Shown here in pieces: positions 34,701 to 47,427 of a DNA stretch of 64,000 nucleotides. Within the stretch, counting starts at the first letter, position 1. Each line of letters opens with the position of its first letter. Both the position numbers and the translations under genes were made by a program. The stretch comes from Macrostomum lignano. Its lineage: Eukaryota. Location: positions 47,565 to 111,564 of the forward strand of contig NIVC01001453.1 in assembly GCA_002269645.1 (NCBI GenBank). The letters are read 5' to 3'. The notes beneath the pieces were generated by a model. The model saw nothing but the letters and a program-made list of their open reading frames with translations. It was not told the DNA's origin and made no database searches.

Positions 34701-37700
34701 CTAGCACAAAAACTTGGTATAAAATCAAGGCTAGATTGATTGCAGATGCAGTGCGCAAAAAACAGTTGAAGTTGAAACGTACCAGAAAAGTAGCTGAAAA
34801 TGCAACAATTAGTGGTTAATCATCATAGTAAAATAAATAAAATTGTCCAGACAAGACAAGATAATTAAATCTACGGAGGACTAAAAACGCTGTGCGGGTA
34901 CACGGCCACCTGTACAAACAGCAGGGCAGCAATGCCCGCCAGCAGAGCCAGCAACAGGCTGACATCCAGCTGGCACAGCACCGCGGCCCGTTCCAGCAGT
35001 CCGCAGGCGGCCTGAATCAGATATCGGCAGGCCAACGCCATCTCGGCATCAACCGAGGCCAGATCGTCGGCAAAGCGCTGCAAGAATTCGCTGCCAACAG
35101 TTCGTCCGCCGCCTTTGCCATCGTCTGGAGATACAAGAGCGACAACAGGCGATTTTAGTAGGTTGGCCAGCAGGCCCCAGTAAAGGGCAACAGAGGCGCG
35201 GGTGCCGCCGACGGCTGTTAGAAACTGCGACATGAGAACGGCTATGGCTGGATAGTCGGATGGGAGCGGAAGAAAGGTAGGCCAGAGAAATACTTCAGAA
35301 AATAACGAAATGCGTACTAAAGTACATGCGTACTAAAGTACATGCGTACTAAAGTACATGCGTACTAAAGTACATGCGTACTAAAGTACATGCGTACTAA
35401 AGTACATGCGTACTAAAGTACATGCGTACTAAAGTACATGCGTACTAAAGTAAATGCGTACTAAAGTACATGCGTACTAAAGTACATGCGTACTAAAGTA
35501 CATGCGTACTAAAGTACATGCGTACTAAAGTACATGCGTACTAAAGTACATGCGTACTAAAGTACATGCGTACTAAAGTACATGCGTACTAAAGTACATG
35601 CGTACTAAAGTACATGCGTACTAAAGTAAATGCGTACTAAAGTACATGCGTACTAAAGTACATGCGTACTAAAGTACATGCGTACTAAAGTACATGCGTA
35701 CTAAAGTACATGCGTACTAAAGTACATAAAATAAGCTAACTGAAGAGTAAAGGTTACGCATTGGCAAAGTATATAACAATACGCTCGTAATATAAAATCT
35801 GTGTACCAAGCAAAACAAAAAGTGCATTACTATACACAAAATTAAAAACACAAAAAGCCACAACAATCAATAACGAAGGCAAGCAACATAAGAGGTTATA
35901 TTGTTTATATTGCAAGGTTAAGCAAAATTATTGATTTTTAATATGAATTAGCTGGTGAAAGCAACGGGGTGCGCGTGTACCCCGCATGCATTTGCGTTTT
36001 GTCTTCCATAATTACCAGTGCACAACAAGAGTTAAGAGACAAAAACACGACACCACGCAAAACCAACTAAAAGTATAAATAAAGACCTGAACGCCATGGA
36101 ACATTGCGGCAATGCCAATTAGAGCCACTAGAAACCATGGCAACGCGAAGGACACGGCAATAAGAGCCTCCAATAGCCAGAAGGCAATACGAAGCATGGT
36201 GCGCCACTTCTCGGCCAAATCGCGATCGACGCAATTCACGTCGCTGCTAAATCGATTCACGATGCGGCCCAGCGGGGTCGATTCGAAGAATGTTAGCATG
36301 CAGGCCAACACCCGGTTCAACAGGTTGTTGTGCAATAGGCGGGACGCTCTCAGACAGGCGATCGAAGAAATAAATGCGCCCCAGAAGATCGCTAGCGCTG
36401 CGTTTTGTTTGGGCGGGTGGTTTGCATTGGCGTGTATTGCGCTTTTGTAATCACTTCGAATTTACGAGCGTATTCGTTAATTTAGCAATTGCTTGGAATC
36501 GAATTTAGAATAGGCGAAAAACATTGCTAACCAAACAGCTGCGTGATGTTATTATTTTTCACAAATTAATTTCCATTTTTTTATTTTATAAAACTGAAGG
36601 ATAAAAGTGAAACCTAAAAACGGCTACAGATCCGACCTGAAGGATAGAGATGAAATCTGGAGTATAGAGGTCCAACCTGAAGGATAGAGATCAAACCTGA
36701 AGAACAGCTATATTTGTAGGTCTGAGATTACTCTGCACAATTTTTTTATTAGACGACTAGTTAACTCAAGTTGCATTCCAATAAAATTAATTTAAATTAA
36801 ACGCTTATTAACCAACCAACTATGAAAAAATGCGTTTTGCGTTTTAGTACTGGAAAAAATACCCCTTTTCAGCGCTTTAGCTAGAAAATCAGAATCAAAA
36901 TCAATTAGCACTGCTGTTGCGCAGCTTCAATATAGCAACTACAATCCATGGGATGCTGCTATGCAATTGTTATGCGCTCTACCCCAGCCACCTGTACAAG
37001 GCAGAAAGGTGCGCACAAGGCAAGACCGATCGGCAGCAGAGCCGGCGACAATCTCAACGCCGACACGGTCGTTAAACCGACAAAATTTTCCGCAACCCAG
37101 AAGCAGCTCTGTACAACCCATTTCCATCGACGCGGCATGGCAATGTCTAGGCGAGACACGTCGCCAGAGAATACGTTAATAGTCCTGCCGCAGGCGCGTA
37201 ATTCGTGCGCGTGAACAGGCTGGCGTAACAGCGAGCGCAACAGATCAGAGTGCAGTTGACGAGATGCGTGTGTGGCGCACAGCCAAATGCCAAGCATACC
37301 GACGGCTGCGTGACTGGCTGCAACAGCATATTTTTTTATGCTCCGATTATTCTACTTACAAGTAGGCTAGTTTAGGGTTTTTGAACCTCACAGGGACATC
37401 TATCAATACTCGTAACAGTTATTACCTACCTAAATATACAAACACACTAAAGTACATGGGTACGAAAGTACATACGTACTAAAGTACATACGTACTAAAG
37501 TACATACGTACTAAAGTACATACGTACTAAAGTACACGCGTAATTAAGTACATACGTACTAAAGTACATGCGTAATAAAATACATACGAATTGAAGCACA
37601 TACGTACCAAAGTACATACCAATTAAGGTGCATGTACTAAAGTACATGTACTATACGTTGGTTTAGAACTAAACAACAGATATACCAAAGTACACACGTA

Positions 37701-38715
37701 CCAAAGCATACCCGTAGCAAAGTACACGCGTTCTAAACCAAACATTTACATGCGAAATTTTACATTATCATCGAAAATTAGGGTAGCTAAAGCAGATGAG
37801 AAAATATTGCATCTTGCATTTTTTTAAATTACATACTTTTAAATAACTTATATACTCGTAAGTAGACAGAGTCAACAGACTTTTGCCTAGAAAATACACA
37901 CACAAAGTATTACAAACGACAAATGCATGTAGAGAACAAGACACCCCGTTAACTTTGTTGATTAGCGCAAAGTCATTATTAAAATTGCAATTGATTTTAG
38001 GTTATATAATATAATCTGGCTACTTGTTTGGCACTCTCTGATCACGCGTGCAGGACCTTGGCATAAATAAATACTCACTTGTATGAAATAATAGAACACA
38101 GCTACTGAAAGACAAACGGCTAGGGCTGGCAGGTAGAATAAAGTGGCAATGACAATGCCAATGCCAACCAACTGAATCAGGCTGTTGGCCAGAGATCTCA
38201 AAGTGAATGGCAGTACAAGATCTACTTCGTCTAGATCTGCACTGAATCTGGTTATGATTGGGCCGCTCAAAATGCTGGCAGAGAAACGCAAAGCTGGCCA
38301 GCTTAGCAACGAATTGAGCAGGTTTTGGTGCAGGTGCACCGATGCCAGGGTGGCGCTGAAGGCGCACTGTACGGCCCCAATGCATTCGGCAAAGCCTGTT
38401 CATGTATAGTGCATTGGTACGGTTATGGCATTGGCTGGGCACTGAGCTCTATGATACAAAAGCTGACATATTCTACACGGTAACAGTGTAGTAGTACCGA
38501 TGTAATGCTTTATTAAATAAATGAATCTACTTTTTATGATCATTAGAAACAAACGCTTGCTTAGAAAAACAATATATATGTATAGAGCAGTTAAAATCTC
38601 TTGAAACTTTGCTTATGTATCTGTGTCTATCAATTAATCACTCAATCAATCAACCTATCCAGCTACCTACCTAGCTACCAATCTACCCACCTCTATCTAT
38701 CTATCTTTATCTATG

Positions 38716-38748
<33 letters not shown>

Positions 38749-38791
38749 GTCTATCTATCTATCCATCTATCTATCTATCTATCTATCTATC

Positions 38792-38842
<51 letters not shown>

Positions 38843-38903
38843 GTCTATCTATCTGTCTATCTATCTATCTATCTGTCTATCTATCTATCTATCTATCTAT
38901 CTG

Positions 38904-38945
<42 letters not shown>

Positions 38946-38954
38946 CATCCATCC

Positions 38955-38998
<44 letters not shown>

Positions 38999-38999
38999 G

Positions 39000-39077
<78 letters not shown>

Positions 39078-39086
39078 CATCCATCC

Positions 39087-39118
<32 letters not shown>

Positions 39119-39135
39119 GTCTATCTATCTGTCTG

Positions 39136-39169
<34 letters not shown>

Positions 39170-42100
39170 CATCCATCTATCTACCTACCTATCTATCTAC
39201 GCCATCGGTCAGACTCAGCCCCATCCAGCCCCAGAGCTGGCTCACCTTGCAGCAAGCCAAACGCAGCCAGAATGCCAATCCGCTGCGGCCGGCTCCAGCT
39301 CTCAGCCAGAGGCGCAACTGTTGTGCCGTTGACTCCGCCGCCGCGACTGCTGCTTCCATTGAATTGCGCAATCCGCCTGGCGTCGTCAGTCCAGTCCACC
39401 AGCCAGAAGTTGGAGCCCAGGGACAGGCCGTGAGCGAGAATGTAGGTGATGACAACGCCCAGGCAGAAGAGCAGTCCGACAGCGCGGAAATAAGTCAGAT
39501 AGACACGCCAGTTCACCCGGCCAGTTTTGGATTTCTCCTCGTCTGTGGTTCTGAATAGCGCGTTCGCAGCGGGGGCGCCTTCGAGATTCTTCTTACTGGC
39601 GTCTGGAAATTCGGTTAGCAGGGTGTCAACTGGCCTTAGTATTGCTTGCTAAGACCTCAATTTTTCCATGGGTGCCACACACAGTCGCTGGCGCCCCCCC
39701 CCCGCGGTGCCACACCCAGTCTCTGGTGTGTTTCTCCCCGGTGCCACACCCAGTCTCTGGCGCCCCCCCCGGTGCCACACCCAGTCTCTGGTGTTTCTCC
39801 CCGGTGCCACACCCAGTCTCTGGTGTTTCTCCCCGGTGCCACACCCAGTCTCTGGTGTTTCTCCCCGGTGCCACACCCAGTCTCTGGCGCCCCCCCCCGG
39901 TGCCACACCCAGTCTCTGGCGCCCCCCCGGTGCCACACCCAGTCTCTGGTGTTTCTCCCCGGTGCCACACTCAGTCTCTGGCGCCCCCCCTGGTGCCACA
40001 CCCAGTCTCTGGTGTTTCTCCCCGGTGCCACACTCAGTCTCTGGCGCCCCCCCCTGGTGCCACACCCAGTCTCTGGTGTTTCTCCCCGGTGCCACACTCA
40101 GTCTCTGGCGCCCCCCCTGGTGCCACACCCAGTCTCTGGCGCCCCCCCGGGTGCCACACCCAGTCTCTGGCGCCCCCCCCCGGGTGCCACACCCAGTCTC
40201 TGGCGCCCCCCCCGGTGCCACACCCAGTCTCTGGTGTTTCTCCCCGGTGCCACACTCAGTCTCTGGCGCCCCCCCCCTGGTGCCACACCCAGTCTCTGGT
40301 GTTTCTCCCCGGTGCCACACTCAGTCTCTGGCGCCCCCCCTGGTGCCACACCCAGTCTCTGGCGCCCCCCCCGCGGTGCCACACCCAGTCTCTGGTGTGT
40401 TTCTCCCCGGTGCCACACTCAGTCTCTGGCGCCCCCCCCCCCTGGTGCCACACCCAGTCTCTGGTGTTTCTCCCCGGTGCCACACCCAGTCTCTGGCGCC
40501 CCCCCCGGTGCCACACCCAGTCTCTGGTGTTTCTCCCCGGTGCCACACCCAGTCTCTGGTGTTTCTCCCCGGTGCCACACCCAGTCTCTGGTGTTTCTCC
40601 CCGGTGCCACACCCAGTCTCTGGCGCCCCCCCCCGGTGCCACACCCAGTCTCTGGCGCCCCCCCCACCCGGTGCCACACCCAGTCTCTGGCGCCCCCCCC
40701 CACCCGGTGCAACACCCAGTCTCTGGTGTTTCTCCCCGGTGCCACACTCAGTCTCTGGCGCCCCCCCCGGTGCCACACCCAGTCTCTGGTGTTTCTCCCC
40801 GGTGCCACACTCAGTCTCTGGCGCCCCCCCTGGTGCCACACCCAGTCTCTGGCGCCCCCCCCGGGTGCCACACCCAGTCTCTGGCGCCCCCCCCGGGTGC
40901 CACACCCAGTCTCTGGCGCCCCCCCCCCGGTGCCACACCCAGTCTCTGGTGTTTCTCCCGGTGCCACACTCAGTCTCTGGCGCCCCCCCTGGTGCCACAC
41001 CCAGTCTCTGGCGCCCCCCCGGGTGCCACACCCAGTCTCGCCACACCCAGTCTCTGGCGCCCCCCCCGGGTGCCACACCCAGTCTCTGGCGCCCCCCCCC
41101 CGGTGCGACACCCAGTCTCTGGCGCCCCCCCCCGGTGCCACACCCAGTCTCTGGCGCCCCCCCGGTGCCACACCCAGTCTCTGGCGCCCCCCGGTGCCAC
41201 ACCCAGTCTCTGGCGCCCCCCGGTGCCACACCCAGTCTCTGGCGCCCCCCCGGTGTGGCCCACGCCCCGGTGCCACACCCAGTCTCTGGTGTTTCTCCCC
41301 GGTGCCACACCCAGTCTCTGGCGCCCCCCCCCGGTGCCACACTCAGTCTCTGGCGCCCCCCCCCCCTGGTGCCACACCCAGTCTCTGGCGCCCCCCCCCA
41401 GTGCCACACCCAGTCTCTGGCGCCCCCCCCGGTGTGGCCCCCGCCCCCGGTGCCACACCCAGTCTCTGGCGCCCCACCCTCGGTGTGCCCCCCCGGTGCC
41501 ACACCCAGTCTCTGGCGCCCCCCGGTGCCACACCCAGTCTCTGGCGCCCCCCCCGGTGTGGCCCACGCCCCCGGTGCCACACCCAGTCTCTGGTGTTTCT
41601 CCCCGGTGCCACACCCAGTCTCTGGCGCCCCCCCCCCCGGTGCCACACTCAGTCTCTGGCGCCCCCCCCTGGTGCCACACCCAGTCTCTGGCGCCCCCCC
41701 CCCGGTGTGGCCCCCGCCCCCGGTGCCACACCCAGTCTCTGGCGCCCCACCCCTCGGTGTGCCCCCCCGGTGCCACACCCTGTCTCTGGCGTCCCCCCCC
41801 CCGGTGCCACACCCAGTCTCTGGTGTTTCTCCCCGGTGCCACACCCAGTCTCTGGTGTGTTTCTCCCCGGTGCCATACCCAGTCTCTGGTGTGTTTCTCC
41901 CCGGTGCCACACCCAGTCTCTGGTGTGTTTCTCCCCGGTGCCATACCCAGTCTCTGGTGTGTTTTTCCCCGGTGCCACACTCAGTCTCTGGTGTGTTTCT
42001 CCCCGGTGCCACACCCAGTCTCTGGTGTGTTTCTCCCCGGTGCCACACCCAGTCGCTGCCATCCCTATCGGCACTACAAACCTGCAGTCTTGTCAGCAAT

Positions 42101-45100
42101 TGGACCATTGCTACTACCGACGCTAGTAGCTAGCAGAGGCGCCTTGGCGGCGTCGGTGTCATTAGCGGCGACATCATCTGGCAGTGGCTGAACACTATTC
42201 AGAGCGGCCGCAGCCAGAGAATCGGCATTGTCAACGCCAGAAACAGCTTCATCTTTGCTTTCTTCCACAGCTTCCTTTTTTTCCATTTCTTCTTTCTGAA
42301 TTTCGTCCAATATATTGAGCACAGTGTCGACATCTTCAACTGGCGGAGCAGCGCTCGGTTCAGCGTTGGTTGAGTCGGGGACAGCGGTGGCTGAGTAGTT
42401 TGTAGTGGCGTGAGCATGGTGACTGTGACTGGCCAAGAACTCACTAATCAGCTTGGCAAATGGTCCGTCGGCTTTGACTAATTGGCGAAACGTGCCAATC
42501 TCGGACACCCGGCCGTCGTTCAGGACAACAATCCGATCCACCCTGGGCAGATAGGTCAATGAGTGCGTTACTAGGACGCGAGTCTTACGGCTCAATAGGC
42601 CGGTCTCTGAGCTGATGACGCGTTCGAATATGTGCTTGCCAACGTGTACGTCAACGGCTGATAATGGGTCGTCCAACAGGTAGATGTCTTTGTCAGCGTA
42701 GCAGGCTCTTTGTTAATAGAAATGTGATGTAGGGATAGAAAGTTTTATAAAATAGTTCTATAAAACCTTATAGTCTACTATAAGTAGTTTGTTAGAATAT
42801 TTAAAAAAGCCTTTTATTCTTCTTACAAGTAGTTGACTCGTATATACCAATAAAAATCGATTTGTTTACTAAAGTAGTTTGCTTAATTATTTCAATAAAA
42901 ACCTTATAGTCTACTGCAAGTAGTTTGCTTGAATACACCAAAAAAGCTTATATTCGTAGTTTACTTTAAGTAGTTTGCTTGATTATTTCAACAAAATATC
43001 AAATAGCCTACTAAAAGTAGTCGTAGTTTACCTAAATGAATACACTTCTGATAATCAATTAGCCTACTGTAAGTAGTTGACGGAAATAAAAATACTTGTA
43101 AACATCAATTAGCCTACTAAAAGTACAGCAATTTAAAACATTTTTAGCATGATTTTCTTTTTACCTAGCCAGAGACACGCGAGCCTTCTGCCCACCGGAC
43201 AGGGTAATACCCTTCTCGCCAATCTCAGTCATATCACCGGCCTGCAGAATCTCCAGATCCCGTTCCAAAGCGCAGCAGTCAATCACTTGACGATATAGAT
43301 TCTCGTGCATCGGCGAATTAAACAGTACATTATCGCGCAGGCTCAGGTTCTGTATGAACGGCTCCTGGCTGACGTAGGCTAGCGAGCCTTTAATCAACAC
43401 TGTGCCATCCAGCTTTGTTATGTAGCCTAGCAGCGCATTTAACAGCGAGCTTTTGCCGGCACCAACTGTGCCAACAATGGCAATAAGCGAGCCGTCTTCA
43501 ATCTCCAGATTGACGTCAGAGAGAGTTGGCGCTCCGCTCGGCCCATCCCAGCTGAATTTGCCTGACTCGATTCGAAGAGCGGCTTTCTGCTCCGGTCGGC
43601 GCTTCACAGCTCGTCTGCGTAAGGGTGAAAATTTGGTGAATCAATAAATCATCTCATTTTGAAGAAGTCGCTCAAATCACTGCGTCACCCCGCATTTGCA
43701 TTGTACCAACGAAAGTGGTTGCTAACTCAGTCACTATCTCATTGCTAACTCAGTCACTATCTCACCCCTAACTCAGTCACCATCTCACTATCTCACCCTA
43801 ACTTAGTCACTATCTCACCCCTAACTCAGTCACCATCTCACCATCTCACCCTAACTCAGTCACTATCTCATTGCTAACTCAGTCACTATCTCATTGCTAA
43901 CTCAGTCACTATCTCACCCCTAACTCAGTCACCATCTCACTATCTCACCCTAACTTAGTCACTATCTCACCCCTAACTCAGTCACCATCTCACCATCTCA
44001 CCCTAACTCAGTCACTATCTCATTGCTAACTCAGTCACTATCTCATTGCTAACTCAGTCACTATCTCACCCCTAACTCAGTCACTATCTCACCCCTAACT
44101 CAGTCACTATCTCACCCCTAACTCAGTCACTATCTCATTGCTAACTCAGTCACTATCTCACCCCTAACTCAGTCACTATCTCACCCCTAACTCAGTCACT
44201 ATCTCACCCCTAACTCAGTCACTATCTCATCGCTAACTCAGTCACTATCTCACCCTAACTCAGTCACTATCTCATCGCTAACTCAGTCACTATCTCATCG
44301 CTAACTCAGTCACTATCTCACCCTAAACTCAATCACTATATATCTCACCCCTAACTCAGTCACTACCTCACCCCTAACTCAGTCACTATCTCACCCCTAA
44401 CTCAGTCACTATCTCACCCCTAACTCAGTCACTATCTCATCGCTAACTCAGTCACTATCTCACCCTAACTCAGTCACTATCTCATCGCTAACTCAGTCAC
44501 TATCTCATCGCTAACTCAGTCACTATCTCACCCTAAACTCAATCACTATATATCTCACCCCTAACTCAGTCACTACCTCACCCCTAACTCAGTCACTATC
44601 TCACCCCTAACTCAGTCACCATGTCACTATCTCACCCCTAACTCAGTCACTATCTCACCCCTAACTCAGTCACTATCTCACCCCTAACTCAGTCACTATC
44701 TCACCCCTAACTCAGTCACTACCTCACCCCTAACTCAGTCACTATCTCACCCCTAACTCAGTCACCATGTCACTATCTCACCCCTAACTCAGTCACTATC
44801 TCACCCCTAAGTCAGTCACTATCTCACCCCTAACTCAGTCACTATCTCACCCCTAACTCAGTCACCATGTCACTATCTCACCCCTAACTCAGTCACTATC
44901 TCACCCCTAACTCAGTCACTATCTCACCCCTAACTCAGTCACTATCTCACCCCTAACTCAGTCACTACCTCACCCCTAACTCAGTCACTATCTCACCCCT
45001 AACTCAGTCACCATGTCACTATCTCACCCCTAACTCAGTCACTATCTCACCCCAAAGTCAGTCACTATCTCACCCCTAACTCAGTCACTATCTCACCCCT

Positions 45101-46928
45101 AACTCAGTCACTATCTCACCCCTAACTCAGTCACCATCTCACTATCTCACCCCTAACTCAGTCATCATCTCACTATCTCACCCTAAACTCAGTCACTATC
45201 TCACCCCTAACTCAGTCACTATCTCACCCCTAACTCAGTCACTATCTCACCCCTAACTCAGTCACTACCTCACCCCTAACTCAGTCACTATCTCACCCCT
45301 AACTCAGTCACCATGTCACTATCTCACCCCTAACTCAGTCACTATCTCACCCCAAAGTCAGTCACTATCTCACCCCTAACTCAGTCACTATCTCACCCCT
45401 AACTCAGTCACTATCTCACCCCTAACTCAGTCACCATCTCACTATCTCACCCCTAACTCAGTCATCATCTCACTATCTCACCCTAAACTCAGTCACTATC
45501 TCACCCCTAACTCAGTCACTATCTCACCCCTAACTCAGTCACTATCTCACCCCTAACTCAGTCACTATCTCACCCCTAACTCAGTCACTATCTCACCCCT
45601 AACTCAGTCACTATCTCACCCCTAACTCAGTCACTATCTCACCCCTAACTCAGTCACTATCTCACCCCTAACTCAGTCACTATCTCACCCCTAACTCAGT
45701 CACTATCTCACCCCTAACTCAGTCACTATCTCACCCCTAACTCAGTCACTATCTCACCCCTAATTCAGTCACTATCTCACCCCTAACTCAGTCACCATCT
45801 CACCCCTAACTCAGTCACTATCTCACCCCTAACTCAGTCACTATGTCACCCCTAACTCAGTCACTATTTCACCCCTAACTCAGTCACTATCTCACCCCTA
45901 ACTCAGTCACCATCTCACTATCTCACCCCTAACTCAGTCACTATCTCACCCCTAACTCAGTCACCATCTCACTATCTCACCCCTAACTCAGTCACCATCT
46001 CACTATCTCACCCCTAACTCAGTCACTATGTCACCCCTAACTCAGTCACTATCTCACCCCTAACTCAGTCACTATCTCACCCCTAACTCAGTCACTATCT
46101 CACCCCTAACTCAGTCACTATCTCACCACTAACTCAATCACTATCTCACTCCTATCTCAGTCACTATCTCACCACTAACTCAGTCACCATCTCACCCCTA
46201 ACTCAGTCACCATCTCACCCCTAACTCAGTCACTATCTCACCCCTAACTCAGTCACTATCTCACCACTAACTCAATCACTATCTCACTCCTATCTCAGTC
46301 ACTATCTCACCCCTCACTCAGTCACGCAAACTCACTTATCAAGCTCGTCCAACGTTAAAAAGTTGGTCAGCCTCTTCAAAGACACGGTGCATTCCACAGT
46401 AGAATTAGCCACCATAGGCAGTATAGCCAAAGGAAAACGCAACAGATTAAATAGCGATATAGATACGAAGCACTTCTCAGCGTCAAGGATGTTATCCGGC
46501 GAACTGAGTGTGTACACCGAGAACGTGGCCAGAGACACCAGCACAGGGGTGCAGCTCCAGGCAAACGAGATACCGGCATTAAGGAAGGCCGAACGACGCA
46601 TCACGGCGATTTCTTTTTTGCGAGTGGCGCTGACCTGCGAGTATGTAGGGGGGGGGGGGCGTAGTGCTGAGGACGGTTTAGGCTGCTGCACCTGCTGCTA
46701 TCAGTTATACGAGCTACCTTTATTGTCAGACTGACCTGATATATCTTGTTCTGTCCGCTGTCTGTCTGCTGTTTTCTGTTCTTCTCTCTGCCTGCATGTG
46801 TACTGTACGCCTGTCCTATCTGTCTGTCTGTCTGTCTGTCTGTCTGTCAGCCTGTCTGTCTGTCTGTCTGTCTGTCTGTCTGCCTGTCTGTCTGTCTGCC
46901 TGCCTGTCTGTCTGTCTGTCTGTCAGCC

Positions 46929-46964
<36 letters not shown>

Positions 46965-46968
46965 AGCC

Positions 46969-47001
<33 letters not shown>

Positions 47002-47058
47002 TAGTGTCTGTCTGTCTGTGTGTGTCTGCCTGTCTTTCTTAGTGTCTGTCTGTCAGCC

Positions 47059-47095
<37 letters not shown>

Positions 47096-47240
47096 TAGTG
47101 TCTGTCTGTCTGTCTGTCTGTCTGTGTGTGTCTGCCTGTCTTTCTTAGTGTCTGTCTGTCTGTCTGTCTGTCTGCCTGTCCGTCTTAGTGCCCGTCTGTC
47201 TGTGTGTCTGTCTGTCTGTCTGTCTGCCTGTCTGTCTTAG

Positions 47241-47293
<53 letters not shown>

Positions 47294-47320
47294 GTCTGTC
47301 TGTCTGTCTGTCTGTCTGTG

Positions 47321-47371
<51 letters not shown>

Positions 47372-47372
47372 G

Positions 47373-47427
<55 letters not shown>

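Noticed and set aside
34056-34819. ([11 protein letters not shown])n and ([11 protein letters not shown])n ORFs, a possible fifth exon or nested gene
   Set aside because: They translate a 33-bp minisatellite and have no homology to the alternative exons.
34910-38395. Reading the four ABCC exons as consecutive constitutive exons or as separate genes
   Set aside because: All four encode the same segment. Phases 1 to 0 cannot chain in frame, and none has its own NBD or start context.
39642-42191. ORFs up to 849 aa on both strands
   Set aside because: They come from a GC-rich intronic minisatellite that is open in most frames and lies inside an ABCC intron with clean flanking splice sites.
43720-46325. 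CCCTAA telomere-like hexamer in each repeat unit
   Set aside because: There is only one hexamer per 23-24-bp unit and no tandem (TTAGGG)n, so it is not an interstitial telomere.
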